From the NCBI GenBank assembly GCA_048013815.1, contig CM106586.1, positions 20,956,001 through 21,020,000 of the forward strand: 64,000 nt of DNA, written 5' to 3'. This DNA is from Setoptus koraiensis (lineage: Eukaryota > Animalia > Arthropoda). This document shows, one piece after another, positions 1 through 11,635 of this stretch. A model generated the notes under the pieces. It worked only from the letters and a program-made list of their open reading frames with translations, was not told the DNA's origin and searched no databases. The stretch's first letter is position 1; every line of letters begins with the position of its first letter. A program made the translations under genes and the position numbers.

Positions 1-784
1 TCCCAAATGTAGCAACCAACAATGGGCGCATCACTGTTTGCAGCGTAGTCAATTTCCGGTTGACTTGGGAGCCCCCCGCGAGCTTTGCGCTGCACGAACA
101 GGTATTATTATTGCGCGTTGCGGCAAGTGTGCCGCTCGCATTGTTGTTGTTGCGAGGCGCACAGATTGGCTGAGCGGGCCCACAGCGGCGACCTTTAGCC
201 GCGTGTTGATACAGTTCACAGCCGGAGTTATTGTTGCCACTGAATGGAATAAAGTATCGCATCCAATCGGATCAGGTGAGACGCAGTCAGTATATCAATA
301 TATCGAGACGGAGCGCTATCTCGCCGCCATCTCGCCGCCATCCAGCCGCCATCCAGCGGCCACAGATACAGCCGATTCCGAGCCGATTTCGGGCCGATTT
401 CAGCTGCATCGACCGTCCAAATATGAACGGTTAGTGGGGCGATCGGCCGAAAAAAACGATAAGATCAGCGGCAGTTTGCTGCTGCGGCCGGCCGACGTGT
501 GCGCAGAGCCCGGCCCAGCGTCGTTGGCACGTCGGGCGATTCTGGCGAGCTAGCCAGCGAGAGGCAGCCTCGGCCTGGCGATGAGCAGCGTCGACGAGTG
601 GGCGGCCGGCGCACGGCGCCACCAGAAAAGAATGCCCTCGGTAGTGCGAGGCCGGGCGAGTCGCATTGCGACTCGCCCGACTGCGAAATGCGCACTCGGA
701 CAAAATGCGACTGGCGCTCCCTCGCGAGTCGCGAGGACACCAGCCGAGCTGTCGGGGCGAGCGTGATTTTGATTTTTGAGCGCA

Positions 785-850
785 ACTCTGGCGATCGAGC
801 GAGACTCCGGCGATTGAGCGAGACTCTGGCGATCGAGCGAAACTCTGGCG
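785..850. repeat. Imperfect 19-bp tandem repeat, ~3.5 copies
   Basis: Unit ACTCTGGCGATCGAGCGAG read directly. Confidence 0.8.
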
Positions 851-3800
851 CAAAACTGTGTTCGAACGTCAGCCGCTCCGGCGCATCAAAGGCTCATCGT
901 TGGCCGCACACCGCAACGAGGGTGTCGCTGAGCACACAAACAACAATGAGCCGTGTCAATTATTGTGCAAATTGCATATTGTTCGGGCATGTGAGGGGCG
1001 GCCCGGGCCGCGATCGGGCTCATTAGCGTGTCGGCCGAACAGCAAGCTCGAAGCCCCAAAGAGATTGCAAATTGCAACAATTGCTCCATTCTTCTGGCGA
1101 GCGAGCTCTCTCTTTCTCTGGCTGGCACTGGCATGTTGAATGGGAATCGCGAATTTGCGCGTCGTGTGTGTCGCTGTGTCGGTCGGCGCACCGCCGAGAC
1201 GGCGTCTTGTCCATCACATGGCCGACATGTTATATATGTTATATTATACATCACGGCGCGCTAGCAAGCGTGTTGCCATATATCACCATTGTCGCTATGG
1301 CGACGTCGTAAGGTTGCGTCGTGTGGTGGCGTCGTACGGTTGCGTCGTTGCGGAGCTGGATTGCGGGGGCGTCCGTCGGTGCGACTTGTGAGTGGCGCGG
1401 CCAGCTGCCGGATATCGCTGGCCGGCCCGAGCGGCACAAAGAGTGGCGGGCACAAAGAGCGCGGCGAGGTGTCGGGCACAACAATAAACATTGGCCGCAA
1501 TGGGCACCGTCGGACAGCCGAGGGAGTGTAGAGAGTGGCAACGTTTGAAATGGTATAGACAATTGATTGCATTGTCTGTCTGATTCGCTGTGCTGTCGTG
1601 GTTGCTGTTGTTGTTGTTTGCGCTGGCGTGTCAGCTCCATAAAGCACGCAACTCGACTGGCGCTAATCGATAATCAGTGTATCGCCGTCGGTGTCGGTCA
1701 GCAAACCATCACTCACGGCCCTCGCCGTGAGTGTGTGTGTGTGCGTGTGTGTGTTGCCAGTGAGCGAGATCGCTCAATCGCAGCATCACTAATGATTGCG
1801 CAACGTCCGTCCATTTGCGAGCCGCTTGTTTGGAGCGCGTGCCGCTGACTCACCGTGAGCGGCTCGGCCGGGCCGACACAGCACCGTGTTATGACACAGC
1901 GGGCCCGACTGGCCGGCTTGTGGATGCGCCCGTATTTGGGCCCGATTCGTTGGCGCGGGCCAGCGCATCGTCGGCATCGTCAGCATCGTCGGCAGCGTCG
2001 GAGGGGCGGCGGCAACTCCGGCGAACGCAACAATTCAGCGCGGCCCGGCCCGGCCCGGCCGACAACTGACAAAATGAATGGCAGCCGGCGCACAAGACGA
2101 CGGCCGATCAAAGGTCTCGGCGAGCGCGTCGGCGTCAGCGCCGCTTTAACGACCCGAAGCGGCTTAATTAGTGCGCGCCGACCTAATGGCCTGTAATGGA
2201 CAGCGCTCGTTGTTGTTGTTGTCGTTGTTGATGTTGTCGTTGTTGCGCATTTAGTGGCCGGCTAATTAACAGGTTGAACAAGCCGAGAAGTGTCACTTGA
2301 TTTGTCATTATGAGTTATGGCCTCGTCAGCGGCGTCGCTCGCCGAGTCGCTCGCATCAGTCGCGTCGCGCCGATTCGGGCCCCGCCAAGCGGGCCAAACT
2401 GAGCGCAAAGTCAATGAAACGAAGGCCGCCAGTTGCGCAACACGACAATGATACAGTTGTTAGGAACTTGTAGTTGTGTGCAGCTTCGTTTGTCGTTTGT
2501 GCGCCGCTCGTAAAATCGACTCCGCAGCGACTCCATTTGCTGATTCATGCAAAATAACAGCCAGCCAAGCCAATCTGATTCATGGATCCGTCATTAATCC
2601 GTCTGCGCAGACCCTATTCACTGGCTTTCGCATGGTCGTCTACTGCACGGTTTGCAGCATCGTACGCCGGCTATAGGGAAGCCATTAAATTTTTGAGTGT
2701 GTACGCTCGTTTATATGGCCGGTCGGTTGTTGCGCTGTCGGCGTGCTCGACGCAACAACGGCGACAGCAAAACAGCCAGTTTGTCGGTTAAAAGTGAAAT
2801 ATTGAATATTTCAAACATGCCAGCCACCAGCTCGCAACGACGACAGCCAGCCAGCCGGCAGCTTAACTGCGGCCCTAATGGCGCTCCCTATCTAATCTAA
2901 TTCAAATTAATGATAGATACACTTGCATGTATTTATTTTATTCTTTACCCAGCCACGGCACCGGCAACAACGGCAACAACGACAACGACAGCAACGGCAA
3001 CAACAACAACGTTTTCTTGCCGCCGAAGCGCCGATTTTGCGCTCGCATTTGCCAGCCGATGCAGCTATTATTACCTCTGTGCTCTATTTTATGGTCCCGC
3101 CTCATGTGTTCATCATTGCATCATTATTTCGCTTAGGCCGCTTAAAATGCGCATAAAATGATGTCTGCTTTTTATGTTTATGGCCTCTGTTGTTGCTGCC
3201 GTCCTTTTGCCTGCCGTTGCCGTTGTTGTTGTTGCTGTTGTTGTTGTTGTTGCTGGCCCGGCTCGATTTATCCTCTGCGCAGCGCCAGAGGCACCATGGG
3301 CACAGCTTTGGCCGCCTCATGTGCGCCCGTAACCTTGGCCACTATCGCATGGCATCACATACGGCGTCATCATCATACTGCCGTCACAGCGCGCCGCCAC
3401 TGACGCAACTAATGCAAATTCGTTCGCCAGTTACCTGTTCACCTGTCTATAAAACGCGAGTTGGCCGCTCTTTTAGGCGGCTCTTAGGCGGCTTTTAGGC
3501 GGCTTTTACTTGTAGGTGGCTGTGCAACTGTCACAACCGACGCAACTGACACAGCTGATTGCGCCAAGTGGGTCCGATCGGCCGATCAGCTGATTTTATT
3601 GGGCGCTGTCACTTAAACTCTTTCGTCGGCTGCCATCTGGGCCATTAATGGCCGGAAATGGCCATGTGTGTGTGTGTGTGTGTGTGTCGAGTGACAATCG
3701 GCCCAAAGTGGCTCTGCTGTGCCGGAATGTTTCAGCCCGACACAAACAAACAAACAACAAAGTTAGTTAGCAGTGACATCACCATGCTGAGTGGTGAGCT

Positions 3801-3987
3801 GCTGCTGCCAGACGCTAATGAGAGTAATAAGACAACAGTAGATATTTAAATATTCAGAGCACAACCAGCTAAATTGAAGCTAATAAGATATTAATCATTT
3901 GCATCATTTCGCTTCCTGTTCCCCATCTGCAGCCCGTCGCCTCCCGCGCATCGCTTAGCGCCGCCGACACACAGCCCCGCGCAGCTC

Positions 3988-4042
3988 GATATCGGATAAC
4001 TGGAGAACTGGATATCGGATAACTGGAGAACTGGATATCGGA
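3988..4042. repeat. 23-bp tandem repeat, ~2.4 copies
   Basis: Unit GATATCGGATAACTGGAGAACTG. Confidence 0.85.
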
Positions 4043-4631
4043 GCACAAAACTAGACACAACTGGCTAACTGGATATAGACGTCGCCTCGACGATATCTGT
4101 CATACGTAACTGGGTCGCTATAGGTGTGACGACAACAAGGAGCTGTCACTTTGTCAGCCCGTTTGTCGTTTCGTCGTTTGTCGTTTCGTCGTTTGTCGTT
4201 CTGGCGTCTTGTCGCTGTGACGCAAGCCAACGACGACACGACTCTCCGTTTCGTGAGCCACAAATCATCGTTTGGCCGTCATTAATTCATCTCATTAATT
4301 GGGCCCATCGCACTGTTTGCCAGATAAGAGACTCGCTGACGGCGAACAGCTAGACGCTTGGCGAGATTTGGCCGAGTATCGTCGTTTTGCACACACGACG
4401 ACACGACACGACACACAAACAAACACACACATTTGTTATTTATTGCATTTGCGTCGTTGTTGGCGCGAGCCACAAGTCACACCAACACACACACTCATTA
4501 CATATTCAGGGATCACATATTCACATCGGCAGTTGAGGCAGTTGCGAAAATATTCATATATATGCGAAGATTGGTGTATGGATATTACGACGACGAACAG
4601 CAAAATATACGCAACAACAACAACAACAACA

Positions 4632-6794
4632 ATGGCGACACAAGCGCTACCAGCAACAACAAATCATTATCTCAATAGGAGCGGTGATCAATTACAATGT
4701 CAACAGCAACGACAACAGCGGCGACACTGCCAGCCCGCAAAGCAACAATTGCAAGTCAATTGCAATTATGCCCGCTCACACAGCAGCAGCAGCAGTAATG
4801 AGGATAATTTGCATAAATTACGCACACGACGAAAGAGAGAGCGAAGAAAAGTGGAGCAAAACTGTTACGACGACCACAAAAATGATGACGATTTTCGCAC
4901 AAGCGGCGGCACCGCGCAAGCCCGGCCCGATTGCGCTGCAACCGGGCCGGTTCGGGTCCCGCACAACAACTGTGATCTCAGCCCCGCTGGCCGCCTGGCC
5001 AGTGCGGCAACTACCACCACTCCTATCACTCACACCACTCATACTACTGTCGACGTGATTGCAGCAACGTCGGTCAGACAGCAACCACAAGACAAACATA
5101 GTGAGCACACACAAAATTATAATTGTCACCTGTTCAGCAAGACGCCGTTGCTGTTGACGGTGATATGCCAATGTTTGTTGTTGTTTGTTGGCGCAACAAC
5201 AACAACAACGCACAGCCAACAGCACGCGCCCTCGTTGAAGCAAGTTGCGTCACAGTTGCGACACTTGTCACACTCGCCCACGCAAACGTTTGTGTCGACA
5301 GGAAACAGCCGGCAGCTGCTACCTGTTGTCAGCGGGACGGTGGTGAGCTCGTGGTCGGCCAACAAGCGCCAGCCAATGGCCATTGGTGCCAACAACAAAG
5401 GTGCCAGTGTCAACATAACGCACGTGACAGTGGACGAGCTAAACAGTGTCGTCTATGTGGGCGCCATCAATTGGATCATGCAATTCAATTTGGACAATTT
5501 GCAATTGGAGCGAGTGCTCAAAACGGGGCCCGTGATGGACAACGCTCGCGACTGCTCGCCGACCGACTGTGCGGCCACCATTCAGCTTGTGGACTCGTCC
5601 CTGCTCACTTCCGGCGCCGGCGCCGATCTCTCGCCACAAAACAACAACAACAACAACAACAACAATAATGTGATCAATCAAACGCGCAGCGCAATCAATG
5701 TCACAATCGACGCGAACAAACAAGCGACGCAAACCAGGCAAATGATGAGCAACAATTATAACAAGATACTAGTGATTGACTACGAGCAACAAAAACTAAT
5801 TGTGTGCGGCTCCGTGAATCAGGGCGCCTGTCGTCGCCACCAACTGGGTGATATTGGCAACTTTAGTGAGCTTATACCGCTGCCCGTGGCCGCCAACGAC
5901 GAGCACTCGTCCACAGTGGCCCTGGTCACCAGCAGCCAATCGCGAGTTGCGCCGCCAGCGGCCGGCTTGTTTGTGCAGCCCACTTCCGGTCAACAAGCGA
6001 AACTGTCGCATCACCTACAGCAGCAACAGCAGCAGCAGCTCCCGCAGCAACCGCAACAGCCGCCCGTCATGTATGTGGCCGCCACAAACACCCGCTTGGG
6101 TCCGTACCGCGACCTGGTGCCGGCCATCAGTTCGCGCTATCTCGACTCGCAGCGAGCCATGCAAATAGTGGACAAGTCGTTCACTGACACGGCGCGCGTG
6201 GACATTTCGCGCCACTTGCGTGATTATTTTCTAGTTAATTACATTTATTCCTTCCAAACTCAAGATTATGTTTATTTTGCCACCGTGCAACGCAAGTCCC
6301 ATTTGCGCTCGCTAGAGGAATGGGGCTACATAACGCGCCTAGTGAGAATTTGTCTCAACGACCCCAATCTGCAAACGTACACCGAAATGAGTTTGCAGTG
6401 CGTCGCCACCAACAGCAACCAGCCGCAACAGCAACAGCAACAACCGCAACAGCAGCAGCAGCAAGCGCGATTCTCAAGCTCACTCAAACAACAACAACAA
6501 GCAACGTCAGAGACCAACTACAATCTGCTGCAAGACGCTCACCTGGTGAACGCAAGCTCGCACTTGGCCCATCAGCTGGGCATCAGGCCCCAATCGGCCG
6601 TGCTGGTGGGCGCCTTTTCGCAGAGCAAGGATCACACGACCAAAAGTCAACACAAGAGCGCCATTTGTTTGTTTCCGCTGGACAAGATAGAGCAGAAATT
6701 CAACGAAAATATCCATCTATGTTACAATGGCAGCGTGTTGTCGCGCAACATCGACTACATCGCCGGAAGCGTCGACGAATGTCCCAAGCCCGGG
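4632..6794 (+). CDS. PlexB: Plexin-B-like receptor, coding exon 1 (N-terminal extension, signal-like segment, most of Sema domain)
   Basis: Plexin-B Sema motifs in ORF 4299-6812: PLPVAANDEHSST, RDLVPAISSR, RDYFLVNYIYSF, VQRKSH..GYITRLVRIC.NDP..TYTE, NENIHLCYNG. ATG in strong context (acaATGG) at 4632; another in-frame ATG at 4578. Phase-0 donor GTAAGT at 6795. Upstream exons cannot be excluded. Confidence 0.9.
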
Positions 6795-7145
6795 GTAAGT
6801 AAAACTGTCTGACTTTTGCGACACTTTTGCGACACTGCGCCGCTCGCGAGAGGCCGAACTGACCGGCACACACACTTGCCAATCTGACGCTGTTACATTA
6901 CGTAACATGCACTAGATATTGTTGCACAACATGCACTAGATATTGTTACATAACAGGCTCTAGATAACGCGTGACACGGCGCAGTTGGCCGGTCGTATCA
7001 AACGGCGCGTATATCGCGTATGATGATGATATACAGAGTGTATAATGGAGTATTTATTTAGCAGCGAGCCGCACTGCATTGTTTGTAATTGCTGTTGTCT
7101 CAGTTGAGCCGTGATTAAGCAACGACGTCATCCAGCCCGGTCTGT

Positions 7146-7178
<33 letters not shown>

Positions 7179-9495
7179 CTCGAGCGAGCCGAGCGCATTT
7201 AGCGAAATCCAGTGAGACCCGGCGATAGCCAGTGAGGCGCGGATAAATGGAAATAGATAAATAGTGTTATCGCGGGCCAGCGAACTTGGGGGCCCCAATG
7301 AACCGGTTGCCAATCGGTTTGGTTGGCGGCGCGCGAATTAATTCCCAATATATCAGCTGTCCGCCGGCTGCGATGTGCACTGATTAAAATGAGGCCATAA
7401 GACTGTTTCAAAGTTTCGGCTGCGTTTGGCGCCCACTTGGCCGATATTTGCGGCCCCGCCCGAGAGGGCAAAGATCGCACGAGCGGGCGAACGAGCGAGA
7501 GAGAGAGGGAGCGAGCGAGAGAGGGCGAGAGGTGCTCATCGCCGGAGCGAACGACCACCAAATTGGATCACTTCAATGATGAGATTAATCCCGCACTCGT
7601 CGGGCGTGTGGGCACCGCGCCAGTGTTTGCGCGCACGAGCCGCCAGACAAGACGCGCCCGGCGGCTCCCGTCCGAGAGCGACGAGCCCCTCGGACGGAGC
7701 GGCTCATTTGCTCTAATTTAGTGTTCGGTCGGCTCGTCGTTGTGTAACAACAATCTGTAACATCTTGAGACAATGTACATTATAATAGATAAACACAATA
7801 TATTGAGACAGATATTGCGCTGCTCCGCTATGGCTTCGTGGGGCGCTGAACGGGCCGGCACGACGACGCGCTCGCAATCGATCACACCAAACAGATATAT
7901 TCCGATATATATTCCGTCGTGGCGGCACTACTCACTACTGGATCGTAACAGCGCGCCCGTCGGCCAAACAGTGAATGATAAACAGCGCCGGCGAGCGATT
8001 ATTCTGATTATTCGAGCGCCGGGCGCGCATCTCATTTGAGGCGCGCGCCGACAATCGCCAATAGCGGCCCGACATCCGATGGCCGCCAGCCGATATCTGA
8101 TATCCGAGAGCCGATTTACGAGAGCCCATCTACGAGGGCCCGTCTACGAGGGCCCATCTACGAGGGCCGATATCCGAGCGCAAGCCAATGAGCGAGAGAA
8201 GAAATTAATCAATTGGCACTCGTCGCGAACTGATTGCACATGCGGCAGTCGGGCCGCCGCGATTGGCATGTCAGCGCCCGGCAAAGTGATTGCACACTCC
8301 GCCAAAGCCACTCTTCTGGCTGGCTGAGCCGCGGGCCCACCGAAGCACCAAACAATCGCTGGCCGGAGCCCCTTTCTCGGGGCCCCCCGTCTCCCCTTTA
8401 TATTGCTTGCAGGCCATTTGTTGTTGGCTATTTGTTGTTGGCTGCATTCTTCGTGTTGAGTCTTTGTATTAGTTGATTGGCCCGATGACGCGCGCTCACC
8501 TGTCCATCATGCCGCCTTATCCGTTATCTGCTTGTGTGCCATGATATTGTCCATTTGCGCCCCGAGAGCTTAACTGGGGCCCGCAGCCAGCGTCTTCTTG
8601 TGTCTCAAGCACAAAGGTGCGCCAAGTGGGGCCCCAAAAAAGTCGCCCCACAACGAGTCATTGAGTCGATGGGCCGTTGTTGACACACTGGCGCACACAG
8701 TGATAGCTTGAATGATTGCATCCATTATGCTCTTACTTATCTATTGAAGTGGCTCGCCTGACAATTTGCCGATTTGGCCCATTTGTGTGGGTGTGGGTGT
8801 GCGATGAAATGGTCGCCGGAATCGGTAACTTGGTCGCTGGCCCAAACAACGGAGCTCGCGATGATGTAACCAGCAGTGTTATTTTGCGCGCTCTCATTTT
8901 CTCGGCTCGCGGCTCGTCTTCGTTGTCGCGGCTCTCGGGCTCTCGGGCGCTCGGGCTCTCGCAGACAGGATAGACTGGCGAACGAGACCGAGAAACTACT
9001 TAATTGCCTAATAGCTACTCCATTACGTCACACAACAAGCCAGACACTGACTGGCTACTGTCAATCGGTTGTAGGAGTCTATACGACGGACAGCCTATTA
9101 TTACAGCGTGTATTATTATTATTATTATTTAGAGACTCGCGGCCGAGAGATCAGCGGCGGCGCCCACCAGCGTCACGATAATCGGCCGTGCGCGCCCCAT
9201 TTGATTTGTTGTGTAATCACACTTTGCATACACCCACTCGTGCGTTTGGGCAGATTATTTAGTGCGTGTTTAGGCGATGAACAAGACGACAGAAACACGA
9301 CGACACCGACAGCGCGCTTATGGGGCCCAATTTAGAGGGGCCCGGCGGAAGAGCGGGCCAGCTTGCCGCAGACAACGAGCAGATCGTGCCCCAGTCAAAT
9401 CGTCTCTCGGCAGCGTTCGTCGTCGCTTGCAACAAGATTGCGTCTCCTGGGTGCCCGCCAAAATGGAAAGAAGCCAAATGGGCCCCCAAAACTCC

Positions 9496-9540
<45 letters not shown>

Positions 9541-11604
9541 CACAGCCCCAGCCCGTAGCAGGTGATATACGCTGCGAATGTGTTACGTAATGCGCGCTGG
9601 CTGGCCGCTCATTTTGGCCCTTGTATCCGTTGTTGTGTTTTGTTTCGCTGGCGCCAGCGCCAGCGACAAATAACGCCGATAGCGCCCAGTGCGGCCAGCG
9701 ATGTGACCGTAATGACCGCTGGTCATGTTACCGCCAGAGCTCAATCTGTTTCGCGAACGTGTTTATCTGCGCCGTCATCAATACTTACAGCACCACTGTA
9801 ACAGTAGTGACCGTTGGCCGGAGCCGAGCCGAGCCGGGCCAGCTCACACTACCCAATCACCACAGTTTGTGACTGACCAACTGGCAATTTTCTCTGGGCG
9901 CCGTCATCTTGGGCCCCATTGCGGGCCTCATTGCGGGCCCCAGATCTGGCCAGAAGTTATTGAGCGCAAGCCGATCGAACGGCTGATCGTGACAGTGGCA
10001 GGCGCGCGCGCGCTTGTCGCAATTGTAACTGGTGGCTGGCCGATCAGATCCGCTCGTGGCGTGGCCACAAACGGGCCCAGTCGGGCCGCCGTTAACTCGA
10101 GCCGGACTCGAATCGGACACTGTGCTTGATTGGGGCCCCGTTCGATGCGAGCCCCCGAATCGGGAGCCGCGACGCACCGCGAACGTGTATCTCTCGCTAC
10201 ATCTCGCCGATAGCAATTGGGTTTTCGCGAGCTCCAATAACCGCCCGCCGGTTTGTGCGCTCGGCCCAAACCAGCGCCCAAACCAGCACACAAGCCAGCG
10301 TGTAAGCCACCAGACCGGGCGCCCACGAAGGGCCGGCCCACAGAAGTAGTTGCAGGCTGGCCAGTGATGATTAATTCGTTATTGTTGCCAGAGACAGTCT
10401 GTGAGAGACTGGATCGGGGCCCTTTCGAGAGCCACTTCGCGCGTCGGCACGCGGAGACGGCGCAAATGCAATCAAGTTGCGCGCTGTCTTCATGTTGCTG
10501 GATATTAACTGGTCACATAAGCGAGTGGGCCGATGATGGCCGCCATCTATCTGCAGGTGACAGCTAAATTGGTTTCTTTTGGAGCTGCTGGGGGCTCGAG
10601 TTACCCGAGTTGCTCGAGTGCTCGAGCAGCGCCAGACTGTAACAATTTTCGGCTGGCTGGCTGGCGGGCAGGCGACAACAACAACAATGCAGCACCAGCA
10701 TAATATATCAGCAAGACAGGGGCCCGTCACGCGGCCCTGGCAAAACAAACGAACGCAGCCAAAAAGAAACAAACAACGCAGCACTGGATTATGCAAGCGC
10801 CCACTGCTCTTATCGTCGTCGTGGATTATGATGACGTAATTGAGCGCTTTTATCCGCGTGTGCATTGTATATACACACACACTGCATATACAGCGTGTAT
10901 ATACGCAATATTTTATATAATGTGATATAATATGATATATATATATATACGTTGTATTTTATGTGATACGCAATATATACGGCGCAATATATGCGGCGCG
11001 ATATATATGTAGGCAACACGCCAGTGACAGATAATGTGTTTACAACTATCCATTGTGCGTGTCGCGCCGCGCCGCTGATCCTTGGGCGCGTCCCGTTAAT
11101 GCGCCAATCAAATCGCCATTCAATCTAGGCCGGGGCCTCGCAAGTCGCAACAGCTCGAGTGGCTCCACGTAAATAGAGAGAAAGCCGGCGCTCAAGTGGC
11201 CCCCGACAGCCATATATCATCGTCGGATCGGGCCGCATTGGACGGGGGCTCTTTGCGGACGCGCAACGACAAGTCTGGCGATAGTGCTTTAAAAAAATAA
11301 ACACTCGTTGGCTCGGCGCCACAGCCATCCGCTCATCAATCATAATTTTCAATTTTGTGTGGGGGCCGCGGGTGCGCGCCATGCCCAACGACAGATCGAT
11401 TGGGTCGCGGATATTGTTTCAGTGTGGCGCCTCAGTGTCGTTTCTTGGCCGGTGTCGGCTTTCGGCCGCGCTCCACTGTGCCCGTGTTCCGCTCGGTCGC
11501 TGCGCCCGCCGCTCTGGGCGCACCGCTCTGGGCAGAGCTGACCGGTGAAGCGAAATTTATTCCTGTCTGGCCAATCGTAAATGGGTCAGATCTTGCGGGC
11601 CCCT

Positions 11605-11635
<31 letters not shown>

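Noticed and set aside
2462-2485. miR-276-like start (TAGGAACTT)
   Set aside because: Only 9 nt match and no supporting hairpin seen.
4299-4577. N-terminal 93 codons of ORF 4299-6812
   Set aside because: Starts at TTG and runs through ACAC/CGAC simple repeats. A eukaryotic start at ATG 4578 or 4632 is more plausible.
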